64,000 nt of DNA from an uncultured Armatimonadetes bacterium (GTDB lineage Bacteria > Armatimonadota > Hebobacteria > Hebobacterales > Hebobacteraceae). The notes beneath the pieces were generated by a model. The model saw only the letters and a program-made list of their open reading frames with translations. It did not search any database and had not been told where the DNA came from. Location of the stretch: NCBI GenBank assembly GCA_963716175.1, contig OY970296.1, positions 2,080,001-2,144,000 on the forward strand. Reading direction: 5' to 3'. Numbering within the stretch: the stretch's first letter is position 1; every line of letters begins with the position of its first letter. Below are positions 1 through 10,711 of this stretch, piece by piece. The position numbers were made by a program, and so were the translations under genes.

Positions 1-620
1 ACCGCGACCTGCGTGTCGGGAAGGCGAACTGGAGTCACACCGAGTTGGGCGACCCTTTTCTCCTCTTCGACAAGCCGGTGGGCTTCATCGGTTTCGGCGG
101 GCTGGCGCGAGCGCTCAAGCCGCTGATCGCCCCCTTCCATTGTTCGGTCGCCGTCTACGACCCCTGGCTCACCGACGCCTACCTGGCAACCCAAGGCGTG
201 ACTCCCACGGACCTGGACACGCTTCTCTCCACCTCACGGGTGATATTCATGCTGGCCATTCCCACGTCTAGCAACCGTGCGCTTCTCAGCCGTGAGAAGC
301 TGGAGCGCATCCGTCCGGACGCCGTCTTCGTGCTGCTGAGTCGGTCTCACCTGGTGGACTTCGACGCGCTGACGGACCTGGTGCTCCAGGGGCGCTTCCG
401 TGCGGCCATCGACGTCTTCCCGGAAGAGCCCTTGCCCCTTAACCATCCCCTCCTCCGGGCGTCCCGGGCAATTCTTTCGTCGCACCGCGCGGGCGCGCAC
501 CCGGAGGCACTGCGCAATATCGGCCGGGTGGTCGTCCGGGACCTGGAGGCGATCCTGCGCGGCCTGCCGCCGCAGGAAATGCAGGTCGCCCAGCCGGAGT
601 TCATCCGGATGCGAGGGTAA
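1..620 (+). CDS. D-isomer specific 2-hydroxyacid dehydrogenase, NAD-binding (5' end outside window)
   Basis: GFIGFGGLA Rossmann motif, YDPW, SR..LVD, AAIDVFPEEP and SSHRAG motifs; frame is open to the window edge. Confidence 0.85.
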   Translation, partial: RDLRVGKANWSHTELGDPFLLFDKPVGFIGFGGLARALKPLIAPFHCSVAVYDPWLTDAYLATQGVTPTDLDTLLSTSRVIFMLAIPTSSNRALLSREKLERIRPDAVFVLLSRSHLVDFDALTDLVLQGRFRAAIDVFPEEPLPLNHPLLRASRAILSSHRAGAHPEALRNIGRVVVRDLEAILRGLPPQEMQVAQPEFIRMRG

Positions 621-672
621 GATGAGTGAGATAAGGGGTCGGCTTGTGCGTGCCAGATAGACCTCGGACGCC

Positions 673-929
673 TGTCATCTCCAGAGACTCCATCCTGGCA
701 CCCTGATCGGCAGCGCAGGTCCATGACAGCACGAGCCGCGGGCGTTGAGTCGGTCCTGCAGGAGATGAAAGCACTGCACGACAGCCGGTCGGAACACACC
801 TTGGGGCTGAAGGTGTTCAGCCTTCCGGCGCGGGAGTTGCTCTGACCTCAGGCTGCATCCAGTCCCCGGGGCTCCGCGGTGACCGCAGCGGGGCAATACG
901 GACCGGCAATCGCGAGAGCGGCTGGTACG
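673..929 (+). repeat. Degenerate copy of the dispersed TGTC...-ended element family
   Basis: 673-735 (tgtcatctccagagactccatcctggcac...ggtccatgacagcacgag) aligns with 23753-23815; right end ...ggctggtac resembles other copies. Confidence 0.5.
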
Positions 930-1076
930 CGCCCTCATGGGCAGGATGGTCCGCTGCCAGCCGCTGGGAGAACGACTTTGCCTCCAGCAGTGTGGCCCGG
1001 CCGGCCCGCGGAGTACTCCCCTCGTTCAGATCGCAGGGAACACAATCGCTGTGTTACCACACCTATGCGGCGAGAC

Positions 1077-1126
1077 TTGACGTCCTTAGGGCAAGGATAG
1101 TAATATACTTCCGTAGATGAACCATT
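1077..1126 (+). promoter_or_regulatory. Putative sigma70 promoter and imperfect inverted repeat (possible MarR operator)
   Basis: TTGACG...TAATAT followed by atacttc-N7-gaaccat, upstream of the marR RBS. Confidence 0.45.
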
Positions 1127-1147
1127 CTCGATAGGAAGGACACCGCT

Positions 1148-1621
1148 ATGCCAGAGGATGACGCTGCTCTGGTTGACATTGCCGAATACCTGCCCAAGAT
1201 CATGCGCAAGCTGTTTGGCGGCAGACTTACCGCCAGTAACGTTTGGGAACTCACCATACCGCAACTGCGAGCACTGGGCCTGGTGGCACTTCGGCCTGGC
1301 GCTACCATGGGGGAACTCTCTGAGGAGCTCGGCATTCGCCTCAACGCGGCGACCGGACTGGCAGAGCGCTTGGTGCAACACGGGCTGCTGGAACGGAAGG
1401 CCGACCCGAAGGACCGTCGGCTCGTACGCTTGCAGCTGACCAAGTCCGGACACCGCGCGCTGACCGCGTGCCGCCGCGAGCGGAAGCGGCGAGTCGAGGA
1501 GGCGCTGCAGCAACTCTCTGCTGATGAGCAAAGTCAGATTGCAGAGGCGCTGCTCTTGCTTTACGGCGCCCTGGATGAGACGAGACGAAGCGCCGACAAG
1601 CGAGGAGGGAAAGGGAGGTGA
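1148..1621 (+). CDS. MarR family transcriptional regulator
   Basis: LTIPQLRAL...TMGELSEELG...LVQHGLLERKADPKDRRLVRLQLT winged helix; RBS aggaagga. Confidence 0.93.
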   Translation: MPEDDAALVDIAEYLPKIMRKLFGGRLTASNVWELTIPQLRALGLVALRPGATMGELSEELGIRLNAATGLAERLVQHGLLERKADPKDRRLVRLQLTKSGHRALTACRRERKRRVEEALQQLSADEQSQIAEALLLLYGALDETRRSADKRGGKGR

Positions 1622-2982
1622 GTGCTCAGGAGCCGGCTCGCGGGACGGACGAGATCAAGCGACAAAGGCCCCTCCGCTGGGGCTTGATCATCCTAGCTCT
1701 AGTAGGGGGGATTGGGATCGCGTTTGGCGTGCGGTGGTGGCTGAGCGTCCGCTCTCATGTGACTACAGACGATGCCGCTATCGAGGCCACCATGCTTCAA
1801 GTTGCCCCAAAGATAGGCGGCCGCGTCCTCCAGGTGCTGGCCGATACCGGAGATCGCGTCGCGCCGGGCCAAGTGCTGGCCCGGCTGGAGACGGAGGACC
1901 TGGAGGCGAACGTCCGGAAGGCCGAGGCGGCGGCGGCGGCCAAACGGAAGGATGTGCTTCAGGCCGAGACCGCCCTCGGCTTTGAGAGCAAGGATGTAGC
2001 CTCGCAGAACGCGAAAGCCGAGGCGGCGGCGAGCGGAAGCGACCTGCGGGTGCGACAGGCGGTGACCGCGGCCTCCCTGGAGGAGCAACGGGTCGCGAAT
2101 CAACTGCGCCAGGTGCACGCCGCGTTGGCGGCGGCGGAAGCCGACCGGGCAAAGGCCCAAGCCGACCTCGGCCGTATGGAGAAGCTGTTCTCCCAAGGCG
2201 CGGTGTCGGCCCAGCAGCAGGACGAGGCCAGAAACGCCGAGACCGATGCGCGGGCCAGGGTGGAGGCGGCGCGGGCGGCAGTGGCCTTGGCGGAAGCCGA
2301 GAGAGCGCAGATCGCGATCAAGCGGCAGGATATCGATGCCTCGCGAGCCGCGTCCCGGGAGGCGAAGGCGGCTTTGTCAGGCGCGCGGGCGGCCCGCATG
2401 CAGGTGGGGGTACGGCGGGCGCAGTTGGAGGCGGCGCTGGCGCAGGTGAAGGAGGCGGACCAGGAGCTGCGTCTTGCCCAGATCGCGCTGCAGAACGCGG
2501 AGATCCACAGCCCGGCGGCCGGAGTGATCACACAGAGGCTGGCGGAGCCAGGGGAGATGGTGGCTGTGGGCCAGCCTCTCTTCACCATCACCCGCGAGGT
2601 AGCGCGAGACAGCACCTGGGTGGTGGCCAACCTCGAGGAGACCCAGGTCGGACGCGTCCGCGTGGGCGACTCGGCCACCATCACAGCGGACGCCTATCCC
2701 GGAGTGGTGTTTCGGGGTCGAGTGATCGAAATCCGGGCGGGGACACAGGGCCAGTTCTCCCTCATCCCGGCGCAGCAGACCTCGGGAAGCTTCACCAAAG
2801 TAACCCAACGAGTCCCGGTCAAGATAGCGCTCGATGGCGACAGCGGCGTGAGACTCGTGCCTGGCATGTCCGTGGTGGTGAGCATCGATGTCGGTCGGGT
2901 TTCCGGCGGGAGGACGGCAACCGCGGCCTCTGAGACGACGGCCTCACCTGGTTCCTCCGGTTCCAGTCCCCGAGGCAGGTAG
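1618..2982 (+). CDS. EmrA/HlyD family efflux membrane fusion protein
   Basis: N-terminal TM, TTDDA..., lipoyl-like GDRVAPGQVL, coiled coil, FSLIP...SGSFTKVTQRVPVKI, PGMSV. Confidence 0.93.
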   Translation: MSAQEPARGTDEIKRQRPLRWGLIILALVGGIGIAFGVRWWLSVRSHVTTDDAAIEATMLQVAPKIGGRVLQVLADTGDRVAPGQVLARLETEDLEANVRKAEAAAAAKRKDVLQAETALGFESKDVASQNAKAEAAASGSDLRVRQAVTAASLEEQRVANQLRQVHAALAAAEADRAKAQADLGRMEKLFSQGAVSAQQQDEARNAETDARARVEAARAAVALAEAERAQIAIKRQDIDASRAASREAKAALSGARAARMQVGVRRAQLEAALAQVKEADQELRLAQIALQNAEIHSPAAGVITQRLAEPGEMVAVGQPLFTITREVARDSTWVVANLEETQVGRVRVGDSATITADAYPGVVFRGRVIEIRAGTQGQFSLIPAQQTSGSFTKVTQRVPVKIALDGDSGVRLVPGMSVVVSIDVGRVSGGRTATAASETTASPGSSGSSPRGR

Positions 2983-2987
2983 CACCC

Positions 2988-4631
2988 ATGCGCCTTCACC
3001 ATCGTCTGCGCGGCCAGCTGGAGAGCCGCTTCGCCTCGCTGAATCACGGACACAGCGGCTACCGCTGGTGGGCGCTGGGAACCTTGATGATCGGCACCTT
3101 CATGGCGGTGCTTGACGCAACCATAGTGAATGTGGCTTTGGCCAAGATCATGGCCACCTTTGGGGTGGACGTGGAGAAGGTGGAGTGGGTAGCGACGGCT
3201 TACATGCTCGCTTTTGCGGTGCTGCTGCCGACTTCGTCCTGGATCGCTGACCGCCTGGGCCACAAACGCACCTATATGCTGGCCCTCCTTTGCTTCACGG
3301 CGGGCTCTGCTCTCTGTGGGCTGGCCTGGAATGAGGACGCTCTCATCGTATCTCGGGTGATCCAGGCAATCGGCGCGGGGTGCATTATGCCGGTAGCCAT
3401 GACCATCGTCGCCGAGATCTTCCCCCCTGAACAGCGCGGTCAGGCGCTTGGCATCTGGGGCATTGCCGGAGCGGCATCGGCCACTATGGGCCCGACCATT
3501 GGTGGCTATCTGGTGGACTATATAGGCTGGCGCTCGGTCTTCTATGTCAATCTGCCTGTTGGCATAGTGGGCACGGCGTTGGTGCTGGTGGTCCTGAGAG
3601 AGATCCCAGCGCGGCGCGCAGGCCGGTTCGACCTGGTGGGCTTCCTGACCATGAGCGTCGGCTTGAGCGGTCTGCTGCTCGCGCTGGCGCAGGGCCAATC
3701 CAAGGGCTGGGACTCGGGCTACGTCCGCACCTGCGAATGCTTGGCGATCACCGGCCTTGCTGTCTTCGTCCTCTGGGAACTGCGGCAGCGCGAGCCGCTG
3801 GTGGACTTGTCCCTGTTCCGTAGCGCCGGCTTTAGCATCATCAATCTGATCGCGCTCATCTTTGGGGTCGGCATGTTTGGCAGCACTTTCCTGCTCCCGA
3901 TCTTCCTGCAGAACATGCTGGGCTATCCCGCCCTTCTGGCCGGCCTCACCCTGCTTCCAGCTGGACTCGTGATGGGGGTGGTCGCCCCCTTTGCTGGTCG
4001 TCTTTCTGACCGCATTGGAGGCAAACCTCTGGTTATGCTCGGGCTAGCTGTGATGGCCTTCTCGATGTACCTAAACTCGCAGATCAGTCTCCTAACCAGC
4101 CGAGAGACCATCTACGGGTGGCTCGTCCTTCGCGGCATCGGCATGGGCCTGATGTTCTCCCCAATGACCAGCTTGGCGCTTGGCCTGGTGCCGCGGCTGA
4201 AAGCCGGGCAGGCCTCGGGCCTCCTCAACGTCATCCGCCAGGTCGGCGGCAGCTTCGGCATCGCCATCTTCGGGACGCTGCTAGCGCGGCGACAGCTGTT
4301 TCACACCGTCAGGTACGGTGAGGCGGCAACGGCGCACAATCTCTCTGCTCTCGACCTGCTTCACCGGGCACAGAGACACTTCGCCTCGCTCGGCGACGTT
4401 CCGGGGTTGGCCTCTAACAAGGCGCACGCCGTGCTGGGCATGGTGGTGCAACAGCAAGCGGCGGCAACCGGCTTCTCGGACTGCTTTCGAGTCGGCGCCT
4501 GGATCTGTGCTCTGGCCATCATCCCCGCTCTTTTCCTCCCACTGCGGGTGAACCACGTCCCACGGCACGAGACGGATCGTGCCGGGAATTCGGGGGAAGG
4601 TCATGTTCCGGAAGGTCTTAGTGCCGGTTGA
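2988..4631 (+). CDS. DHA2 (EmrB/QacA) MFS multidrug efflux transporter
   Basis: FMAVLDATIVNVAL, WVATAYML, GPTIGGYL, WRSVFYVNLPVG; 14-TM pattern. Confidence 0.95.
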   Translation: MRLHHRLRGQLESRFASLNHGHSGYRWWALGTLMIGTFMAVLDATIVNVALAKIMATFGVDVEKVEWVATAYMLAFAVLLPTSSWIADRLGHKRTYMLALLCFTAGSALCGLAWNEDALIVSRVIQAIGAGCIMPVAMTIVAEIFPPEQRGQALGIWGIAGAASATMGPTIGGYLVDYIGWRSVFYVNLPVGIVGTALVLVVLREIPARRAGRFDLVGFLTMSVGLSGLLLALAQGQSKGWDSGYVRTCECLAITGLAVFVLWELRQREPLVDLSLFRSAGFSIINLIALIFGVGMFGSTFLLPIFLQNMLGYPALLAGLTLLPAGLVMGVVAPFAGRLSDRIGGKPLVMLGLAVMAFSMYLNSQISLLTSRETIYGWLVLRGIGMGLMFSPMTSLALGLVPRLKAGQASGLLNVIRQVGGSFGIAIFGTLLARRQLFHTVRYGEAATAHNLSALDLLHRAQRHFASLGDVPGLASNKAHAVLGMVVQQQAAATGFSDCFRVGAWICALAIIPALFLPLRVNHVPRHETDRAGNSGEGHVPEGLSAG

Positions 4632-5043
4632 TGGATCGCCGAGCTCGCTCAAGGCGGCGCGGGCGGCTGCGGAGATCGCTCGCAGATTCGACTCACAGGT
4701 GACTCTCGTGCACGTCCAGCATCTGCCAGCCACCGTGGTGGCAGCCTCGGGTGCGGCCGGTATGGCGGGCCTGGACTCGGCCGCCGTCGAGGCCCTGGAG
4801 GAGGCTGGACGCGAGGTGTTGCGTGTTGCTCGCGAGTGCCTCGGGCTGCCTGACGAGCGGGTGAAGCAAGAGCGTCTGTCGGGCCATCCAGCTGAAGTGG
4901 TCTGTCGTCTCGCCGAGAAAGCTGGCTATGACCTGATCGTCATCGGCAGCCGTGGTCTGAGCAAAGTGGGCGCCTTCTTGCTTGGCAGCGTGAGCGACAA
5001 GGTGAGCCACCATGTGCACTGCCCTGTTCTGATAGTCCGGTGA
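4603..5043 (+). CDS. Universal stress protein (UspA family)
   Basis: MFRKVLVPVDGS...DLIVIGSRG...LLGSVSDKVSHHVHCPVLIVR. Confidence 0.93.
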   Translation: MFRKVLVPVDGSPSSLKAARAAAEIARRFDSQVTLVHVQHLPATVVAASGAAGMAGLDSAAVEALEEAGREVLRVARECLGLPDERVKQERLSGHPAEVVCRLAEKAGYDLIVIGSRGLSKVGAFLLGSVSDKVSHHVHCPVLIVR

Positions 5044-5474
5044 CACGGCCCCGGCCCATAGTGACCGTACGGAGGGATATCCGATCTCGGGGAACCTCTG
5101 CCGGAACGCAACCGCAGGGCAAGCTGTCCGAGCTGGAGACGGTGCTACCGTCAGACTACCTGGAGCTCGTGTCCCAGACCGAAGAGCTTTCGGTCGACGG
5201 CTGCCGCGTGTACAGGCTGTCCGAGGTCCGCGAGGTAGTGACGCGCGACGCGACCTGCCAGGTCCTCGTGGAGAGGGATGGTACCGGAGCACTCGCGGTG
5301 AAGCAAGGTGACGCGCAAGGGGAGATCTACTTCTTCGCCTATGACGAGAACGCCGTGGTTGCCGGGTCGTCGCTGCGCGTGGCGGTCGAGAGGCTGCTAA
5401 GGGAGGAATTCGGCCGAGACGGTGCCTTCGGCGCAGGGATGACGGACGCAAATGGGACACCTATTCTCCGATGA
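5040..5474 (+). CDS. SMI1/KNR4 (SUKH)-like protein, possibly partial
   Basis: LETVLPSDYLELV...DGTG..A......GEIYFF pattern; the N-terminus is uncertain. Confidence 0.5.
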   Translation: MTRPRPIVTVRRDIRSRGTSAGTQPQGKLSELETVLPSDYLELVSQTEELSVDGCRVYRLSEVREVVTRDATCQVLVERDGTGALAVKQGDAQGEIYFFAYDENAVVAGSSLRVAVERLLREEFGRDGAFGAGMTDANGTPILR

Positions 5475-5589
5475 TCGGCAGGCAGGACCGGGGTCGAGCG
5501 GCGTGGGGGTAGGGGAGCGGAGAGGAGTGGGAGGGAGATCGGTGACTGTCCCTGGCTTTCCGGCGAGAGATGAGGAAGCACGGCAAGGC

Positions 5590-6380
5590 ATGGAGATGCT
5601 CTTACAGAAGCTGCTAGCGTCTGTGCCGACATATACGCGCTATCTGACGCTCGAGCAGATTTGCAGGCAGACAGATGCGCTACGGAATCAACCAGGCTTC
5701 ACCATCGAGACGATCGGTCAGTCGGCTAAAGGCATGCCTATCGCTATGATACGGTATGATGGCTGCTACGACAGAACAGTGCTGCTCTGGGGGTTTGAAG
5801 ATCCGACGGAACCAGTAGGCGCGTTGAGTATGTTCTGGCTTGGTGGCCAACTCCGCTGGCGGAACCCGCAGCTTATGCGCTTCCAGTGTAACTGGGCGAT
5901 CATCCCGACCATTAACCCTGATGGCGTCAAACGCAATGAAGGATGGTTCCGCGCCCCGGGGATCTGCATGCATTCCTCCACGGAGCCTGGGAGCCGCCCT
6001 ATGAGCAGGTGCTTGGAATCCATCGCCAGCGTGTACGGAGATGGTTGCGTTACGTAAGGCAATCACCGCACTCAGACCTGATGTATTGTACGATATGCAC
6101 GATGAAAGCCATTTCCCCGCACCAGGTTACAGGGTCTTTCTTTCATCGCCAGTTGATGATGAATCGATACAAGCGTCACCTTTGCCGCGAGGTCGCGTCG
6201 CTGCCGGCCAAGGGCTTTCCCCTGCGGACGGCGAGAGAGTTCGCGACTGCTCAGTTCTCCGGGAAAACGTTCTGGCATCGAAACGCCGAACCCCATCCAC
6301 GTTTTCGCAGTTTCGATGCCAGGTCAGTCTCCTCCACCACTGCTCCCAGGTGGAACTCTCTCTCCGTTTTCAGGCGCTCT
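5590..6380 (+). pseudogene. M14 zinc carboxypeptidase-like gene, several frameshifts
   Basis: IGQSAKGMPI, D-P-T-E-P-V-G, IPTINPDG, and in another frame RPDVLYDMHD; frame changes near 5960, 6035 and 6175; lower GC; 3' end approximate. Confidence 0.6.
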
Positions 6381-6519
6381 CAGACGAGGGCGTCCGGCGC
6401 GTGCGATGGGGTCTCTCGCAGGATTCTGAGCGCTGTCGCGGCGAAGGGACCATGGGGAGCGGCCCAGGCGTGCCGACGCCTGACGCCTCTGTGCGGGGGA
6501 GACTCGCGGGAGGGCAGCG

Positions 6520-7676
6520 ATGACTGAGAAGGCCGGCATCCGCGTGGCTGTGGTTGGGCTCGGATTCGGAGCCGAATTCGTGCCCATCTACCTGCGCCAC
6601 CCCAGTGTCGCGGCGGTTGCCATCTGCGACCAGACGCGACCCGCCTCAACGAGATCGGGGATCGCTTCCGGATCTCGCACCGGCTGCGCAGCTTCGAGGA
6701 GGCGATAGCCTGTCCAGACCTGGACGCGGTGCACCTTGTCACTGGCATTCCGCTGCACGCAGAGCAGTCCGTCGCCGTGCTCGAATCAGGCAAACACTGC
6801 GCTTGCACCGTGCCGATGGCGACGAGCATCAAGGGGCTGAGAGCGATCGTCGCGGCGCAGCGGAAGTCCGGCCGGAACTACATGATGATGGAGACCGCGG
6901 TCTACACGCGGCACTATCTGTACGTGAAGGCGATGCTGGAGCGCGGGGAGATGGGAGCCATCCAGTTCCTCCGAGGCGCCCACTACCAGGACATGGAGGA
7001 CTGGCCCCCATACTGGGCCGGACTTCCGCCGATGCACTACGCCACGCATGCCGTCGCGCCGCTGCTCGCGCTCGCCGGGAGGCGAGCCGCCAGCGTCTGC
7101 TGCTTTGGCTCCGGGAGGATGCGCCCGGAACTGACGCAGCAATACGGCAATCCATTCCCCATCGAGACGGCGATCTTGCGGCTGGAGGGGACCGATCTCG
7201 CGGCCGAGGTGACCAGATCGCTCTTTCACACCGCCAAAGCGTATATCGAATCTTTCACGGTCCTCTGTGAACAGGTGAGCTTCGAGTGGACCGTCAGAGA
7301 CGACAGCCCGCCGGCGCTGCACCGCAGGAGCGATCCCCGGCCGGGGCACGGCCACCTGACCGTCAGCCAGGTCGAGCCGCCTGACCGCGCCGACCTGCTG
7401 CCGCCCTCGATCGGGCGCTTCACCAGGCAGACGGTGTACGATGAGTCCGACCCGCACCTGTCCTTCCTGCAGGGAGGTGGACACCACGGCTCACATCCCC
7501 ACCTTGTGCATGAGTTCGTGATGAGCATCGTGCAGCAGCGGCAGCCCTGGATCGACGCGATCACCGCCGCGAACTGGACTGCGCCTGGTATCTGCGCACA
7601 CGAATCGGCGATGAGCGACGGAAGGCAAGTGCAGGTTCCCTGCTTCGCTGAAGATGGGAGAGCGTCTGGGCAGTAG
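6520..7676 (+). CDS. Gfo/Idh/MocA oxidoreductase, 1-nt frameshift near 6633
   Basis: IRVAVVGLGFG N-terminus (6520 ORF) continues as ...DLDAVHLVTGIPLHAEQS..GKHCACTVPMA in another frame. Confidence 0.85.
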
Positions 7677-7991
7677 AGGCAGCGCGTACGGCCCGCATTG
7701 TCTGAGCGTGCGCCCTGCGGTTGTTAGGTGCGCTTCGGACTGCAGCGCGGTTTCGATTCTCACTGCCTAGCCCAAACGTACCTGCCAACGAACTCGGGAA
7801 TCCGTCCACAGCCGGAGAGAGTTTCGTTCTCAGGAAAGTTTCCTCCACCACTTGGGAATTGAACCCCGGTCTGGCGACCCCTCGTTCCCAGGTCAGCTCC
7901 TCGATGGCCATAACCGTCGTCCTCGGCCCAGTCGCAGGGCGCGGTGACCGGCTCGGCGAATCCCGTCGGGTATCTCTTCCAAAGGCGAGCG

Positions 7992-8429
7992 ATGGGGCCG
8001 GCACACGAGGTGGAGAGGGATCGCCCTGCCGTAGCTTGGGCGCTGCTGGTAGCACGAGTCACCGTGGGGGTGATCTTCATGGCCCACGGCTCCCAGAAGC
8101 TGTTCGGGGCGTTCGGCGGACTGGGGCTGGCGGGAGTCGTGAAGATGATGGGGCCCATTGGCTATCTCGTGACCGTGGATGAGTTCTTCGGCGGGCTCGG
8201 GCTGCTGGTCGGGGTCTTGTCCAGGTTCTCGGCCTTCTGGCTGATCGTGGATATGATCGGCGCGATCGCACTGGTTCACGGCAAGAACGGGTTCTTCCTG
8301 GGAGCGAAGCCCGGCTTCGAATACAACCTCGCGCTCATCGGCCTGCTCGCGGCCATCCTGCTCGCGGGGCCGGGAAGGTTCAGCCTGGGGCGGTGGTTGC
8401 CCCTGCCCCGCCATGTCGTCCTGGAGTAA
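7992..8429 (+). CDS. DoxX family membrane protein
   Basis: RVTVGVIFMAHGSQKLFG...EFFGG...GFEYNL...GPGRFSL. Confidence 0.9.
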   Translation: MGPAHEVERDRPAVAWALLVARVTVGVIFMAHGSQKLFGAFGGLGLAGVVKMMGPIGYLVTVDEFFGGLGLLVGVLSRFSAFWLIVDMIGAIALVHGKNGFFLGAKPGFEYNLALIGLLAAILLAGPGRFSLGRWLPLPRHVVLE

Positions 8430-8485
8430 CCGCGAGACCGGATTCGCGGAGCTGCAGATTCTGGCCCCTATTGGTCTGCTCTACC

Positions 8486-9466
8486 ATGCGATCATCTGTA
8501 CGCCGGGTCCGGATAGCCTTACTGCTACTCTCTATGCTGCTGTGCGCCGTGCTGTTCGTGTGCTACTTGTGGCGTCCGGACCGGGCGACTGCCGTCACGG
8601 TTATCCCGCCGCTGATCTGGGTTGCACCGGGCCTCAGCCTGGCCATGTTGGGCCTGGGCCGCGCACGGCTACTGGCGGTCCTGCTGTGGGTCGTATTCCT
8701 GCTTGCGTTCGCGGAGCCCTTCAGCTTCGTGCGCGGGCTGCGCGCGCCGGAGGCCGGGTTCAACGTCGCGCGGACACAGGGGAAGGCGGTGCGGGTGATC
8801 ACGATCAATGCGGCGGGGGCGGCAGAGGCGCTGGAGCAGGTGGTGCAGTATGCCCCTGACATCGTTGTAGTGCAGGAGCCACCGGCCCCTGAGCACGTGG
8901 AGGAGGTGGCGAGGAAGCTGTTCGGCCTGCAGGTGGGGGTGGTATGCGGCACCGATTGTGACATCCTGTATCGGGGCCGGCCGCCGGCCGACAAGAGGCG
9001 GCGGACGACGGCGCGAGCGCGGGTGGAGCTGGGCTCCGGGGAGGAGATCGCGGTGCTCGGCACGCACCTGGCATCGACGCGGCCCTCTTTCCACCTGTGG
9101 CGGCGCGACCGGTGGCACCGGCTGGCGCAGGACCGCCGGATGCGGCGCGAGGAGATGCGAGAGGTGGTGGGAGCCGTGGACGCGGTGCCGGCCGGCAGGC
9201 CAATCATCTTGGCCGGCGACTTCAATGCACCGGCCGGAGACGCGGTGTTCCGAATGCTTCGCCCGCGGCTGCGGGACGCGTTCGCGGAGGCCGGGCGGGG
9301 CTGGGGGAACACCTGGTCGAGCAACCTGCCACTGGTGCGGATCGACCAGGTGTGGATCAGCAGGGAGTGGCGCGCGGTGAATGTGGTAACGCATCGGGCG
9401 GGGCCGTCGGATCATCGGATGGTGCTATGCGATCTAGAGCGGAGAGAGGAGAAAGGGTGGAGGTGA
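8486..9466 (+). CDS. Endonuclease/exonuclease/phosphatase family protein with N-terminal TM segments
   Basis: RVITIN, PDIVVVQE, ILAGDFNAP, RIDQVW, SDHRMV. Confidence 0.88.
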   Translation: MRSSVRRVRIALLLLSMLLCAVLFVCYLWRPDRATAVTVIPPLIWVAPGLSLAMLGLGRARLLAVLLWVVFLLAFAEPFSFVRGLRAPEAGFNVARTQGKAVRVITINAAGAAEALEQVVQYAPDIVVVQEPPAPEHVEEVARKLFGLQVGVVCGTDCDILYRGRPPADKRRRTTARARVELGSGEEIAVLGTHLASTRPSFHLWRRDRWHRLAQDRRMRREEMREVVGAVDAVPAGRPIILAGDFNAPAGDAVFRMLRPRLRDAFAEAGRGWGNTWSSNLPLVRIDQVWISREWRAVNVVTHRAGPSDHRMVLCDLERREEKGWR

Positions 9467-9469
9467 TGC

Positions 9470-9680
9470 TGCCCAGGAGAGGTACCGTGGTGAGGTGGCC
9501 GACGGCCCCGGCCACCCCCGACTCCGGCTGCCCCCTCGGCTGGGAGGCATTGCCAGGGTCTCCGTCACCACCCATCGTAGACGACTCTTCCCCGACACGC
9601 GAGTCACAGCCTTCCGGTTGGCGGTGTGATGTCAGGCCGGCTTCAGGCGTGCCTGGCAGGGGCAGATCGGCTCCGGTACA
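9470..9680 (+). repeat. Near full-length copy of the dispersed element family
   Basis: Contains core cacccccgactccggctgccccctcggctggg (9513) and ttccccgacacgcgagtca (9588); ends ggggcagatcggctccggtaca. Confidence 0.7.
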
Positions 9681-9687
9681 CCACGGC

Positions 9688-10551
9688 TCAGCGCAGGCTG
9701 ATGAGCACGACGGACAGGATGCCCACTAGGATTCCCAGGCTGGCGCGTCGCCCGGGGCGCTCTTTCCAGAACAGAAACGCGCTGGCGCTGACGAGCATGA
9801 TGCTCAGGGAGCTGCACGCCGGGAACACCATCACAGCCGGCACGAACGACAGGGCCCGCAGCAGGAACACGAGGCTTCCCAGGTTTACGCACCCCAGGCA
9901 GATGCCGGCAACCCACTCCCCGACACGCGTGGGTCGGCCCGTGAACCTGACCATCGCCAGGGAGAAAGCGCCCGCTGTCCCGAACCAGATGAGCGCTAGC
10001 GCGGGCTGTTGGCCTCCGGGTGCAAGTTCGGTGATCGCCTTCTGCGCGACCCGTGTGGCCCCCGACACGAGAAAGATCCCAGGGACAACCAGATAGGCCC
10101 ACCGGGCGAAGTCTGTGGCCGCGGTTTCAGTGGGGGGTGTCAGCAGCAGCACCGCCGTCACAGAAACGACGATGCCTGCCGCCTGTGCGGCGCCCAGGTG
10201 CTCATGCCACAGCAGCACCGAGGGAACAAGCGGCACCACCATCGCGACCTGGACGGCAGCATTAGGGATGGTGATGCCACGGCGGCGCAGGGCGTAGGCC
10301 AGCAGGAAATAGGTCATGACGAACCCGATTCCGCTGACTCCCGCCAGCAGGACCATGCCAGAGGAGACCGCAACTACTTCTCTCCACGACACCAGAAGCG
10401 CTGCCGCGATAGCGGCCGCGACGTAGTTCACCGCGCCGACCGCGAGGACGGAGTACCCCCGCTCTTGGCTGAGCTTCATGATCAGCGAGAAAGCTGACGT
10501 GAAGACCACTGAGAGTGCGAGGAAGAGCATCCCGACTGACGCGTCCGACAT
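9688..10551 (-). CDS. EamA/DMT family transporter
   Basis: 287 aa with about 10 hydrophobic helices in two repeats; LLWHE and LFWKE motifs. Confidence 0.8.
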   Translation of the reverse strand: MSDASVGMLFLALSVVFTSAFSLIMKLSQERGYSVLAVGAVNYVAAAIAAALLVSWREVVAVSSGMVLLAGVSGIGFVMTYFLLAYALRRRGITIPNAAVQVAMVVPLVPSVLLWHEHLGAAQAAGIVVSVTAVLLLTPPTETAATDFARWAYLVVPGIFLVSGATRVAQKAITELAPGGQQPALALIWFGTAGAFSLAMVRFTGRPTRVGEWVAGICLGCVNLGSLVFLLRALSFVPAVMVFPACSSLSIMLVSASAFLFWKERPGRRASLGILVGILSVVLISLR

Positions 10552-10711
10552 CTGGAGACTGAAGGCTCCTGCGCCCCGTCACTTGCTGGACTCAGACGGC
10601 AGGTTCGCCGCGGGATGCGTGGCTACCTGTAGCGGACAAACCATCAGGCGAAATCCAGGTCGGTTGCCCTTTCAGGGCGATGCAGGCGAGTCCGTATGTC
10701 GCCGCCAACGG

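Noticed and set aside
7680-7760. Possible integron attC site (minus strand ACCTAAC after a short ORF remnant)
   Set aside because: No complementary GTTRRRY end or attC-like dyad was seen, and the recombinase fragments lack the IntI-specific insertion
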